In this document: one piece after another, positions 49,100-62,129 of the stretch | How positions within the stretch are numbered: the stretch's first letter is position 1 | How the letters are laid out: each line of letters starts with the position of its first letter | Source of the DNA: Hypanus sabinus | Lineage: Eukaryota | Direction of reading: 5' to 3' | Assembly: GCF_030144855.1 (NCBI RefSeq) | Contig: NW_026778917.1 | Span: forward strand, 310,001 to 374,000 | Length of the DNA: 64,000 nt | The notes under the pieces: model-generated | Seen by the model: the letters and a program-made list of their open reading frames with translations, nothing else | Databases searched by the model: none | What the model was told of the DNA's origin: nothing | Translations under genes and position numbers: made by a program

Positions 49100-51910
49100 G
49101 GTCACAGAGACGGGAGGGATGGGGGGGACCGGGGGCTGGGGAGAATCACAGAGACGGGAGGGATGGGGGGGACCGGGGGCTGGGGAGAATCACAGAGACG
49201 GGAGGGATGGGGGGGACCGGGGGCTGGGGAGAATCACAGAGACGGGAGGGATGGGGGGGACCGGGGGCTGGGGAGAATCACAGAGACGGGAGGGATGGGG
49301 GGGACCGGGGGCTGGGGAGAATCACAGAGACGGGAGGGATGGGGGGAACCGGGGGCTGGGGAGAATCACAGAGACGGGGAGGGGTGTGGGAACCGGGGGC
49401 TGGGGAGAATCACAGAGACGGGAGGGATGGGGGGGACCGGGGGCTGGGGAGAATCACAGAGACGGGAGGGATGGGGGGGACCGGGGGCTGGGGAGAATCA
49501 CAGAGACGGGAGGGATGGGGGGGACCGGGGGCTGGGGAGAATCACAGAGACGGGAGGGATGGGGGGGACCGGGGGCTGGGGAGAATCACAGAGACGGGAG
49601 GGATGGGGGGAACCGGGGGCTGGGGAGAATCACAGAGACGGGGAGGGGTGTGGGAACCGGGGGCTGGGGAGAATCACAGAGACGGGGAGGGGTGCGGGGA
49701 CCGGGGGCTGGTGAGAATCACAGAGACGGGGAGGGGTGCAGAGACTGGGGGCTGGTGAGAATCACAGAGACGGGAGGGATGGGGGGGACCAGGGGCTGGT
49801 GAGAATCACAGAGACGGGGAGGGGTGTGGGAACCGGGGGCTGGGGAGAATCACAGAGACGGGGAGGGGTGTGGGGACTGGGGGCTGGGGAGAATCACAGA
49901 GACGGGAGGGATGGGGGGGAACCAGGGGGCTGGTGAGAATCACAGAGACGGGGAGGGGTGCGGGGAACCAGGGGGCTGGTGAGAATCACAGAGACGGGGA
50001 GGGGTGCGGGGAACCGGGGTCTGGGGAGAATCACAGAGACGGGGAGGGGTGGGGGGGACTGGGGGCTGGGGAGAATCACAGAGACGGGAAAGGATGGGGG
50101 GGACCGGGGGCTGGGGAGAATCAGAGAGACTGGGAGTGATGCAGGAACCGGGGGCTGGTGAGAATCACAGAGACAGGAGGGATGGGGGGGAACCAGGGGC
50201 TGGTGAGAATCACAGAGACGGGGAGGGGTGCGGGGGACCGGGGGCTGGGGAGAATCACAGAGACGGGAGGGATGGGGGGGACCGGGGGCTGGGGAGAATC
50301 ACAGAGACGGGAGGGATGGGGGGGACCGGGGGCTGGGGAGAATCACAGAGACGGGAGGGATGGGGGGGACCGGGGGCTGGGGAGAATCACAGAGACGGGA
50401 GGGATGGGGGGAACCGGGGGCTGGGGAGAATCACAGAGACGGGGAGGGGTGTGGGAACCGGGGGCTGGGGAGAATCACAGAGACGGGGAGGGGTGCGGGG
50501 ACCGGGGGCTGGTGAGAATCACAGAGACGGGGAGGGGTGCAGAGACTGGGGGCTGGTGAGAATCACAGAGACGGGAGGGATGGGGGGGACCAGGGGCTGG
50601 TGAGAATCACAGAGACGGGGAGGGGTGTGGGAACCGGGGGCTGGGGAGAATCACAGAGACGGGGAGGGGTGTGGGGACTGGGGGCTGGGGAGAATCACAG
50701 AGACGGGAGGGATGGGGGGGAACCAGGGGGCTGGTGAGAATCACAGAGACGGGGAGGGGTGCGGGGAACCAGGGGGCTGGTGAGAATCACAGAGACGGGG
50801 AGGGGTGCGGGGAACCGGGGGCTGGGGAGAATCACAGAGACGGGGAGGGGTGGGGGGGACTGGGGGCTGGGGAGAATCACAGAGACGGGAAAGGATGGGG
50901 GGGACCGGGGGCTGGGGAGAATCAGAGAGACTGGGAGTGATGCAGGAACCGGGGGCTGGTGAGAATCACAGAGACAGGAGGGATGGGGGGGAACCAGGGG
51001 CTGGTGAGAATCACAGAGACGGGGAGGGGTGCGGGGGACCGGGGGCTGGGGAGAATCACAGAGACGGGGAGGGGTGCGGGGAACCGGGGGCTGGGGAGAA
51101 TCACAGAGACGGGGAGGGGTGTGGGGGACCGGGGGCTGGGGAGAATCACAGAGACGGGAAAGGATGGGGGGGACCGGGGGCTGGGGAGAATCAGAGAGAC
51201 GGGGAGGGGTGTGGGGGACCGGGGGCTGGGGAGAATCACAGAGACGGGAAAGGATGGGGGGGACCGGGGGCTGGGGAGAATCAGAGAGACTGGGAGTGAT
51301 GCGGGAACCGGGGGCTGGTGAGAATCACAGAGACAGGAGGGATGGGGGGGAACCGGGGGCTGGTGAGAATCACAGAGACGGGGAGGGGTGCGGGGACCGG
51401 GGGCTGGTGAGAATCACAGAGACAGGAGGGATGGGGGGGAACCGGGGGCTGGTGAGAATCACAGAGACGGGGAGGGGTGCGGGGGACCGGGGGCTGGGGA
51501 GAATCACAGAGACGGGGAGGGATGCGGGGACCAGGGGCTGGTGAGAATCACAGAGACGGGAGGGGTGTGGGGACCGGGGGCTGGTGAGAATCACAGAGAC
51601 GGGGAGGGGTGTGGGGACCGGGGGCTGGTGAGAATCACAGAGACGGGGAGGGGTGTGGGGACCGGGGGCTGGGGAGAATCACAGAGACGGGAGGGGTGTG
51701 GGGACCGGGGGCTGGTGAGAATCACAGAGACGGGGAGGGGTGTGGGGACCGGGGGCTGGTGAGAATCACAGAGACGGGGAGGGGTGTGGGGACCGGGGGC
51801 TGGTGAGAATCACAGAGACGGGGAGGGGTGTGGGGACCGGGGGCTGGGGAGAATCACAGAGACGGGAGGGGTGTGGGGACCGGGGGCTGGTGAGAATCAC
51901 AGAGACGGTG
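49100..51910. repeat. G-rich ~44-bp minisatellite (gggggctggggagaatcacagagacgggagggatgggggggacc), ~64 units
   Basis: Directly visible tandem array in TAPBP intron 7. Confidence 0.97.
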
Positions 51911-52356
51911 GGGGGGGGGGGTGTTTCAGAGATGCTAATTCCTACGTTTTGACTGGTTGTATCTCCATCTGATATGAAGGAGTGGCTATTGGCACACGAT
52001 TGGCTAAAGCTGCAGAGGTGGAATTTCAGCCAGCTCCATCATGGACACCAACCTCCCCAGCACCGAGAACACCTTCAAAAGGAGATGCTGATAACAAAAG
52101 GCAGCATCCATCGTTAAGCACCCCCATCACCCAGGACATGCCCACTTTTCATTGCTGCCATCAGGGAGGAGGTCCAGACACTGAAGACACACACTCAATG
52201 TTTCAGGAACAGCTTCTTCCCCTCCACCATCAGATTCCTGAATGGACAATGAACACTTCCTCACTGCTCTCATGGGCACGACTTATTTCATTTGATTGTT
52301 TACATACATGTATATACGAGATATGTCAGCGAAATTAAGTCTGATTCTGAAGTTAC

Positions 52357-52394
52357 CTTTTCTCCATCCTCTGTCCCAACGCTGAGTGCAGAAC
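52357..52394 (-). CDS. TAPBP: Tapasin exon 7 (38 nt, cytoplasmic tail)
   Basis: tcttgtctgtcctgcag|GTTCT...GAAAAG|gtaact; phase 1-0; GSALSVGTEDGEK. Confidence 0.75.
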
Positions 52395-52499
52395 CTGCAG
52401 GACAGACAAGACACTGATGATTATTCTGACCACACACCTCCCCGCAGTGACCCTGGGTATCGGCACGGTCCGCACTGTAAGCCAACTGCTCACATCAGG

Positions 52500-55350
52500 A
52501 AGGGGGTCACAGAGACAGGGAGGGGTGTGGGGGGGTCACAGAGACAGGGATGGGTGTGGGGGTCAGAGTTGGGGGGGGTCACAGAGACAGGGAGGGGTGT
52601 GGGGGTTGGAGTTGGGGGTCAGAGACAGGGAGGGTTGTGGGGTTAGAGTTGGGGGTCATAGAGACAGGGAGGGGTGTGGGGGGGTCAGAGTTGGGTGGTC
52701 ACAGAGACAGGGAGGGGTGTGGGGGTCAGAGTTGGGGGGTCACAGAGACAGAGAGGGGTGTGGGGGCTAGAGTTGGGGGGTGTTACAGAGACAGAGGGGT
52801 GTAGGGGTCAGTTGGGAGGTCACAGAGACAGGGAGGGGTGTGGGGGTCAGTTGGGGGGTCACAGAGACAGGGAGGGTGTGGGGGTCAGAGTTGGGGGGTC
52901 ACAGAGACAGGGAGGGTGTGGGGGTCAGAGTTGGGGGGTCACAGAGACAGGGAGGGGTGTGGGGGTTGGAGTTGGGGGTCAGAGACAGGGAGGTGTGGGG
53001 GGTCACAGAGACAGGGAGGGGTGTGGGGGTCACAGAGACAGGGAGGGGTGTGGGGGTCAGAGTTGGCGTGTTACAGAGAGAGAGGGGTGTGGGGGCTGGA
53101 GTTGAGGGGTCACAGAGACAGAGAGGGGTGTGGGGGCTAGAGTTGGGGGGTGTTACAGAGACAGAGAGGGGTGTAGGGGTCAGAGTTGGGAGGTCACAGA
53201 GACAGGGAGGGGTGTAGGGGTCAGAGTTAGGGGGTGTTACAGAGACAGGGAGCGGACTGGGGACTGGAGGGGGTCACAGAGACAGGAAGGGGTGTGGGGG
53301 TCAGTTGGGGGTCAGAGACAGGGAGGGGTGTGGGGGCTAGAGTTGGGGGGTGTTACAGAGACAGAGGGGTGTAGGGGTCAGAGTTGGGAGGTCACAGAGA
53401 CAGGGAGGGGTGTGGGGGTCAGAGTTGGGGTGTTACAGAGAGAGAGGGGTGTGGGGGCTGGAGTTGAGGGGTCACAGAGACAGAGAGGGGTGTGGGGGCT
53501 AGAGTTGGGGGGTGTTACAGAGACAGAGAGGGGTGTGGGGGTCAGTTGGGGGGTCACAGAGACAGGGAGGGTGTGGGGGTCAGAGTTGGGGGGTCACAGA
53601 GACAGGGAGGGTGTGGGGGTCAGAGTTGGGGGGTCACAGAGACAGGGAGGGGTGTGGGGGTTGGAGTTGGGGGTCAGAGACAGGGAGGTGTGGGGGGTCA
53701 CAGAGACAGGGAGGGGTGTGGGGGTCACAGAGACAGGGAGGGGTGTGGGGGTCAGAGTTGGCGTGTTACAGAGAGAGAGGGGTGTGGGGGCTGGAGTTGA
53801 GGGGTCACAGAGACAGAGAGGGGTGTGGGGGCTAGAGTTGGGGGGTGTTACAGAGACAGAGAGGGGTGTAGGGGTCAGAGTTGGGAGGTCACAGAGACAG
53901 GGAGGGGTGTAGGGGTCAGAGTTAGGGGGTGTTACAGAGACAGGGAGCGGACTGGGGACTGGAGGGGGTCACAGAGACAGGAAGGGGTGTGGGGGTCAGT
54001 TGGGGGTCAGAGACAGGGAGGGGTGTGGGGGCTAGAGTTGGGGGGTGTTACAGAGACAGAGGGGTGTAGGGGTCAGAGTTGGGAGGTCACAGAGACAGGG
54101 AGGGGTGTGGGGGTCAGTTGGGGGGTCACAGAGACAGGGAGGGTGTGGGGGTCAGAGTTGGGGGGGTCACAGAGACAGGGAGGGTGTGGGGGTCAGAGTT
54201 GGGGGGTCACAGAGACAGGGAGGGGTGTGGGGGTTGGAGTTGGGGGTCAGAGACAGGGAGGTGTGGGGGGTCACAGAGACAGGGAGGGGTGTGGGGGTCA
54301 CAGAGACAGGGAGGGGTGTGGGGGTCAGAGTTGGGGTGTTACAGAGACAGGGAGCGGACTGGGGACTGGAGGGGGTCACAGAGACAGGAAGGGGTGTGGG
54401 GGTCAGTTGGGGTGTCACAGAGACAGGGAGGGGTGTGGGGGTCAGAGTTGGGGTGTTACAGAGAGAGAGGGGTGTGGGGGCTGGAGTTGAGGGGTCACAG
54501 AGACAGAGAGGGGTGTGGGGGCTAGAGTTGGGGGGTGTTACAGAGACAGAGAGGGGTGTAGGGGTCAGAGTTGGGAGGTCACAGAGACAGGAAGGGGTGT
54601 GGGGGTCAGTTGGGGGGTCACAGAGACAGGGAGGGTGTGGGGGTCAGAGTTGGGGGGTCACAGAGACAGGGAGGGTGTGGGGGTCAGAGTTGGGGGGTCA
54701 CAGAGACAGGGAGGGGTGTGGGGGTTGGAGTTGGGGGTCAGAGACAGGGAGGTGTGGGGGGTCACAGAGACAGGGAGGGGTGTGGGGGTCACAGAGACAG
54801 GGAGGGGTGTGGGGGTCAGAGTTGGGGTGTTACAGAGACAGGGAGCGGACTGGGGACTGGAGGGGGTCACAGAGACAGGAAGGGGTGTGGGGGTCAGTTG
54901 GGGGTCAGAGACAGGGAGGGGTGTGGGGGTCAGAGTTAGGGGGTGAAACAGAGGGAGCGGTCTGTGGGCTGGAGGGGGTCACAGAGACAGGGAGGGGTGT
55001 GGGGGTCAGTTGGGGGGTCACAGAGACAGGGAGAGGTGTGGGGGTCAGAGTTAGGGGGTGTTACAGAGACAGGGAGCAGTCTGGGGGCTGGAGGGGTTCA
55101 CAGAGACAGGGAGGGGTGTGGGGGTCAGAGTTAGGGGATGTTACAAGAGAGAGGGGTGAGGGTCAGAGTTGGGGGTTCAGACAGAAAGGGGTGTGGGGGT
55201 CAGAGTTGGGGGGTCACAGACAGGGAGGGGTGTGGGGGTCAGTTGGGGGGTCACAGAGACAGGGAGGGGTGTGGGGGTCAGAGTTAGGGGGTGTTACAGA
55301 GACAGGGGGCAGTCTGGGGGCTGGAGGGGGTCACAGACAGGAAGGGGTGT
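52500..55350. repeat. G-rich ~38-40-bp minisatellite (gggggtcacagagacagggaggggtgtgggggtcagagtt)
   Basis: Directly visible tandem array in TAPBP intron 6. Confidence 0.97.
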
Positions 55351-55453
55351 GGGGGCCTAAAGATCACAAGCCGGATTGTCCGTACAGGGATCAGCTCCCG
55401 CTCTCCCTGTCGATATCCACCCCCAGCCCCAGCGGACGGCAGTAGGAGCTCAC

Positions 55454-55555
55454 CTTGAGGGAACACAAAACAGTACAGCAGTTTCAGAGCCCCGTACAGG
55501 ACAAAGGCACAGACCAGCATCCCCACCGCGTCCTCCACCGAGGGTCCCGACACTC
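55454..55555 (-). CDS. TAPBP: Tapasin exon 6 (transmembrane, 102 nt)
   Basis: atgtctccacag|GAGTG...CCTCAAG|gtgagc; GVSGPSVEDAVGMLVCAFVLYGALKLLYCFVFPQ parallels human GLSGPSLEDSVGLFLSAFLLLGLFKAL, including the intramembrane Lys. Confidence 0.92.
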
Positions 55556-56441
55556 CTGTGGAGACATTAGGAAGATTTAGCTTTCCACCACAGACTCCAG
55601 ACGGGTTGCACAGGATGTGTGCCCCTCGGAACAGGAAACGGTCTCGGAATCAGCGCTGGGAATGCAGGGTCTTGAGGGAGCACTGCGGGACCAGTGGCAG
55701 TAGAGGAGGGACACTGAAGGGGCGGGGGGGGGGGGGCAGGGAGACAGTGCAGACAGGCAGAGCCTGAAGGAGAGGAGGGGAATGCTGGGAAATTTATGGC
55801 CAGGCACTGTGGTGGAAGGAATGAAAGGACAGACTATTTTCTAAAGGGCAAGAACTCCGAGGTTCAAAGGGATTTGGGAGTCCTCGTGCAGGATTCCCTA
55901 AACATTAACTTGCAGGAAGAGTTGGTGGTAAAGAAGGCAAATCTTCCATTTTGAGAGGGCTGGAATGTAAAAGCAGGTGTAATGTTGAGGCTTTCTGAAG
56001 CTCTGGCGAAGCCTCAGCGAGTGGCTGTTGTGGGCAGTTCTGGCCCCTTATCTAAAAAAGTTTGAGCTAGACTTTAGATTGGGTGTTTTTTGCCTTCAGG
56101 ATAAACACTGATGAGGCCCGACACTTTCTCTGGTGTTTAAATGGCATTGTGCTCTTGCACTGTATACACTTTAAGAAAGTATCCATCCTATTATGAAGTT
56201 CACAAGTTTAAAACTAATGGAAAAGACAAGACTCAGTACGTTGAGTTTTGTGGAAGGGCCGCCATGAAAGGAGGACTACGCAGTGGGAGGAAGACCGAGG
56301 CTGGGGAGGGGGCTGCTGCTCCGAGAGAGGAACAGAGGTGGGGGAGAGCATCGCACTGCGGGGGGGGGGGGGGGGCAGAGGAGAGAGTGCCACGCCGTGG
56401 GAGAGGCGGTATTGACAGTGGGAGGGGGGAGAGGTCTTTAC

Positions 56442-56765
56442 CTGCCACCTTCAGTGTCAGGCTCTTCCTGACCCCACCCTTCATGGAGACGTGCTGCGCG
56501 TGGCAGGTGTAGACGGTGCCGTGATCGGCAGCGGTAGGGCGGACCGAGATGACGCCGGTCACGTTGAAGGTGCCGTCGCTGTTCTTGTTGTGTCCGTTCA
56601 GCCAGCTGTTGGGCAGCAGCTCTGCGCTGCCGTTACCAGGGGCCCTGCGGGTCCACGTCATGCTGACGTCCAGCGGGTAGTAGCCCAGTGCCTCACACAG
56701 GATGTCCTGCGCCTGGTCCGGATACAGGTACAGCGGGTCGGGTCTCAGCACCAGTGTCGGTGGCT
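56442..56765 (-). CDS. TAPBP: Tapasin exon 5 (IgC1, 324 nt)
   Basis: gtgtctgtgcag|AGCCA...GTGGCAG|gtaaag; EPPTLVL...LCEALGYYPLDVSMTW...DGTFNV...YTCHAQHVS...SLTLKVA. Confidence 0.93.
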
Positions 56766-57199
56766 CTGCACAGACACGCAGGGGCAGTGAGACAACCAGA
56801 AACACGGAACGGAACTGACACCATCTAGTCTGAGACAAACTGTTCTGTGTGCCCTCCACCCCTCCCATCCACGCAGCTCTCCTAAATGATCAAATCCTCT
56901 TCCACTGGCAGCTCGTTCCACCATCTCACCACCCCCTCGCATTCTCCTTAAATATTTCACCTTTCACCCTTAACCCATGACCTCTCGTCATCCAACCTGA
57001 GTGGGAAAAGCCTGCTTGCACTTCCCCTATTGACACCCCTCAGAGTTTTGTGTACCCCCACTAAATCTCCCTTCAATCTCTACGCTCCAGGGAATATTCA
57101 ACCTTTCCCTATGACAGGGGTCCAGACCCAGCAACATCTTGTAATATTTCTCTGCGCTCTTTCAGCCTTATTTACATCTTTCCTGTAGGTTTAATCAAA

Positions 57200-58880
57200 A
57201 CTGCACACAGTACTCCGAATTAGACCTCACCAACATCTTGTACAACATAACATCCATCTCCTGTACTCAGTACTTTGACTTATGAAAGCCATCATGCCAG
57301 AAGCTTTCTTTATGATCCTATCGACCTGTGACACCACTTTGAATGGGCCCTATTCCCACATCCTCTGATCTACCGCTCACTGTGTGAGACCGAGCTTGGC
57401 TGATGCTCCTCAAGTGTAACATCTCACACTTCTCTGCATTAAATTCCATCTGCCAGTTTCCCAGCCGGTTGCAAACGTTGATAGTCTCACCACTGTCCAG
57501 CACACCCCAATCTTGGTGCCATCCACGAATTTGCTGATCCAGTTTACCACATTATCATCCAGATTATTGAAATAGATGACAAACAACAATGGACCCAGCA
57601 CCAATCCTGATGGAACATCACGAGTCACAGCAACCCCCCGCATTCGGGAGGCAACTATCTATAACTACTCTGGCTTCTCCAATAAAGCAAATGTCTCATC
57701 CAATTTACTACCTCACGTCCGTGACCAACATCCCAAGCGGAACCTTGTCAAAGGCTTTGCTAAAGTCTATGTATCCAACATCCACTGCCTTACCTTCATC
57801 AACTTACCAGGTAACTTCCTCGAAAATCTCTAAGATAGGTTAGACACGACTCACCACGCACAAAGCCCTGTTGACTACCTCCAATCAGCCCCTGTCTATC
57901 CAGTTCCTTAGAGCTCCTTCCAATAACTTTCTTAAGCAGTGGAATAATATCCCCCAATCCTCCGGCACCTCTCCTGTAGCTCATAGCTGCTGTGGCCCAT
58001 TACAGGTTTGGCAGTCGCTTCCCACAGGGTCTGAGGGAACACTTCGTCAGGCCCTGGGGATTTATCCACCCTAATCTGCCTCAAGACAGCAAACATCTCC
58101 TCCGTAATCTATATAGGGTCCAAGAACTCAGTGCCTCACCCCTCCCCATCTCTGTGACTCTCTCTGGCCCCTTCACCCCTTCTGTACACATCCCACCTTC
58201 CCTGAAAGAGAGCTCAATGATCTAAAGATCTTAAGCTACACCAACTAATTTGCCATGTTTTACACTGTATAATCTTCCTGGCTCCGGCCTCACTAACAGG
58301 TGATACACGTAGCAATCCTGAGATCACAACCCTGGAGGTTCTGTCCCTTAACTTAGCACCAAACTCCCTTTGCAGAACCTTGTCACTTGTCCTACCCATG
58401 TCATTGGTACCTACATTAACCATGACCTCCGGCTGTTCACCGCCCCAGTTAAGAAAGTTGAGAACTAGTTCCGAGATGTCCTGACCCTGGTACCAGGGAG
58501 GCAACAATCTCTTTCTTGTCCACCTTTGTTCTGTTCCTCTAACAAACGAAACCCCTCTCACTACAGCCTGCTGCATCTCCCCTCTTCCCTTCTGAGTCAC
58601 AGCCAGAGACCTGACCACTGTGACTTCCCACCTGCTAGGTCATCTTCCCCCCCCACCACAGTATCCTGTTGTTGAGGGGGGTGGCCACAGGGTTTCCCCC
58701 TCCTGATTGTCACCCTGTACCTTGGGAACTGCCTCCCGGTATGTCCTGTCAATCAATCACACAGTCTCCCGAATGACCCGGAGTTCATCCAGTCCCAGCT
58801 CCAGCTCCTTAATGCGGATTGTCAGAGCTGGATGCACTTCCTGCGGAGTCACCATCACCGGAGCTTCCCGCACCCTGCAA
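57200..58880 (-). mobile_element. Degenerate CR1 remnants (ORF2 and ORF1 esterase-like)
   Basis: [21 protein letters not shown]; VMVNVGTNDMGR...RVVISGLL. Confidence 0.75.
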
Positions 58881-58884
58881 GAGG

Positions 58885-60475
58885 AGCACCCCGCTATCCT
58901 GTCAGTCACCCCGCTATCCTGTCAGTCACCCCGCTATCCCGTCTGTCACCCCGCTATCCCGTCAGTCACCCCGCTATCCAGTCACCCCGCTATCCCGTCA
59001 GTCACCCCGCTATCCCGTCAGTCACCCCGCTATCCTGTCAGTCACCCCGCTATCCTGTCAGTCACCCCGCTATCCAGTCACCCCGCTATCCCGTCAGTCA
59101 CCCCGCTATCCCGTCAGTCACCCCGCTATCCCGTCAGTCACCCCCCTATCCTGTCAGCCACCCCGCTATCCTGTCAGCCACCCCGCTATCCTGTCAGTCA
59201 CCCCGCTATCCTGTCAGTCACCCCGCTATCCCGTCAGTCACCCCCCTATCCTGTCAGTCACCCCGCTATCCTGTCAGTCACCCCCCTATCCTGTCAGTCA
59301 CCCCGCTATCCTGTCAGTCACCCCGCTATCCTGTCAGTCACCCCGCTATCCAGTCACCCCGCTATCCCGTCAGTCACCCCGCTATCCCGTCAGTCACCCC
59401 GCTATCCCGTCAGCCACCCCGCTATCCTGTCAGCCACCTCGCTATCCTGTCAGTCACCCCGCTATCCTGTCACCCCGCTATCCCGTCAGCCACCCCGCTA
59501 TCCAGTCACCCCGTTATCCCGTCAGTCACCCCGCTATCCCGTCAGTCACCCCGCTATCCCGTCAGTCACCCCGCTATCCCGTCAGCCACCCCGCTATCCC
59601 GTCAGTCACCCCGCTATCCCGTCAGTCACCCCGCTATCCCGTCAGCCACCCCGCTATCCCGTCAGCCACCCCGCTATCCCGTCAGTCACCCCGCTATCCC
59701 GTCAGCCACCCCGCTATCCCGTCAGCCACCCCGCTATCCCGTCAGTCACCCCGCTATTCTGTCAGTCACCCCGCTATCCTGTCAGTCACCCCGCTATCCT
59801 GTCAGCCCGCTATCCTGTCAGTCACCCTGCTATCCTGTCAGTCACCCCGCTATCCTGTCAGTCACCCCGCTATCCTGTCAGTCACCCCGCTATCCTGTCA
59901 ATCACCCCGCTATCCTGTCAGCCACCCCGCTATCCTGTCAGTCACCCCGCTATCCTGTCAGTCACCCCGCTATCCTGTCAGTCACCCCGCTATCCTGTCA
60001 ATCACAACGCTATCCTCAGCCACCCCGCTATCCTGTCAGTCACCCCGCTATCCTGTCAGTCACCCCGCTATTCTGTCAGTCACCCCGCTATCCTGTCAGT
60101 CACCCCGCTATCCTGTCAATCACCCCGCTATCCTGTCAGCCACCCCGCTATCCTGTCAGTCACCCCGCTATCCTGTCAATCACCCCGCTATCCTGTCAGC
60201 CACCCCGCTATCCTGTCAGTCACCCCGCTATCCTGTCAGTCACCCCGCTATCCCGTCAGTCACCCCGCTATCCCGTCAGTCACCCCGCTATCCCGTCAGT
60301 CACCCCCCTATCCCGTCAGTCACCCCGCTGTCCCGTCAGTCACCCCGCTGTCCTGTCAGTCACCCCGCTATCCTGTCAGTCACCCCGCTATCCCGTCAGT
60401 CACCCCGCTATCCCGTCAGTCACCCCGCTATCCCGTCAGCCACCCCGCTATCCCGTCAGCCACCCCGCTATCCTG
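58885..60475. repeat. C-rich 20-bp minisatellite (caccccgctatcctgtcagt), ~80 units
   Basis: Directly visible tandem array in TAPBP intron 4. Confidence 0.98.
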
Positions 60476-61136
60476 CTCTGAATGTACATTAAAAAGATCA
60501 ACCTAACACCTACATCTCTCCTCAGGGAAGCCCGAATGAGCCAAACCCCAACACTCGCACAATGGCCGCTCCCCTTAAACCCAAGTTCTTCTGACTGGTC
60601 CTCGTCAAGTGCCTCAGTGTCTCCTCAGGGTTGTCACACGCAAGACGTACTGAGAACGGTGCAGCACTGGCAGGCCCACGTGTGCCAACCCAGTCAGTAA
60701 TCAAACAGCTGACTGAATGACTGTCTCATTGTCTACATAGACAGTGGACAGCCACTCTTTCTCAGGGGGAATATTTTAGCTGAAGGAAGGATAATTGAAA
60801 GATGATATGCGGAGTGTTTGTTTACACAGAGAGTTCTGGGTGTCTGGAATGGGCAGTGGTGGAGTCAGTCCTGCTCCCACTGACACCTGCCAGCAGCCAC
60901 CCAGCCAACAGGATTCACCCACCACTCGCTCCAGACTCATCCCCAGTCCTTGTTCACTCAGTGATCCAACCGGACTCCACCAGTTCCTCCCAGTTTTCAC
61001 TCTCCCCAGCTAAGTTTAGTTTGTGATCTATTCTCAAAGTTATCGTTGAATCATCTCCACTGCTCTCGTCTACATTTCCTGACGATACAATAGTTTTGTG
61101 TGAGAGTGGTCCGCCATGTCCTTTTCAAGCGCAGTG

Positions 61137-61275
61137 TTTTTTTTAAATGAGGCCGACACTCAACCTGGCACAGATGGAAATCCACCCCGGTGTCCGGGAG
61201 TGGCCCGCCCTGGATTGGAACTCGGGAACCTTCGCTCCGGAGTCTGGTGCTGATCTCACTGCGCCACCAGCCGGC
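61137..61275 (-). mobile_element. tRNA-derived SINE
   Basis: Minus strand gccggctggTGGCGCAGTG (A box)...GAGTTCCAATCC (B-box-like), A-tail at ~61137-61144. Confidence 0.7.
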
Positions 61276-61726
61276 AGATGGTACAACAGCGGTGCTTAAA
61301 AGGCTCTTAGAGAGAGACACTTGACAATGCAGGAAATGGGTGTGAGGAGATATAGGCTGTAGAAAGCAGAAGTGATTACTTTAATTTGGCACCACATTCA
61401 GCACAAAATGGACAGGCAAAAGGGCCAGTTCCTGTTCTACGTTCAGCCCCAGGTTTAGGGATGTCCTGTGGGGTCAGATTCTGCTCTAATTCTTTATATC
61501 CTCTCCACAGGACCCACTACCTACGTTGCTGGTAACAATACGTCCCACTGTCCAGCCCTCCCCTTCAGAATGCTGTGAGCACCCCTCGGAAACAACATAC
61601 CACCCGAGTGTCCTGTTCACGTCCACAGTATCCACTTTCTGCCCCTCTAACGATGGAAAAGCCTATCGCCACAGGGGTACAGAGGGGCGATGACAGAGGG
61701 GCGAGGGCAATGAAGGGTGGACATAC

Positions 61727-62068
61727 CTAAGATGTGGAGGCTAACAGCCTGCTGGGCCTGCAGGTTGGGGGCATACACGGTGCAGATATACGTGCCATCC
61801 TGCTGTAGGCGCACGTTGCGCAGGACCAGGGACGCGTTCCCGTGGCTGTGGAGAAGGTTCATCAGGAGTTCGGCACCCTCCTGCGCTATATGTACGCGGT
61901 CCTGCAGTCCGTTGTAGGCATAAACCACGTGCCCCGAGCCTTCGAACTGGTATCGCCACTCCACCGCGAATCCCATCGACCGGTCCAGCGTGAAGCCACA
62001 GTCCAGCAGGACATCCTGACCCTGCCTGGCACTGACCTGAGGCATCCGGCTGAAGACATTCAGCACAA
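61727..62068 (-). CDS. TAPBP: Tapasin exon 4 (IgV-like, 342 nt)
   Basis: ctgtctcctgcag|TTGTG...ATCTTAG|gtatgt; VVLNVFSRMPQVSARQGQDVLLDCGF...FAVEWRYQFEGSGH...AQEGA...GNASL...GTYICTV parallels human VVLTVLTHTPAPRVRLGQDALLD...FGLEWRRQHLGKGH...AQEGA. Confidence 0.93.
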
Positions 62069-62129
62069 CTGCAGGAGACAGAGAGGAGGGAGCCACAATC
62101 AGCAAGGGGAACTGGAGACGAGCAGAGAA

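Noticed and set aside
48628-55445. Many Gly-rich ORFs
   Set aside because: Minisatellite translations within TAPBP introns 6-7.
58707-60506. 550-600 aa Ser/Pro-rich (mucin-like) ORFs
   Set aside because: Three-frame translation of a 20-bp tandem repeat, antisense within TAPBP intron 4.
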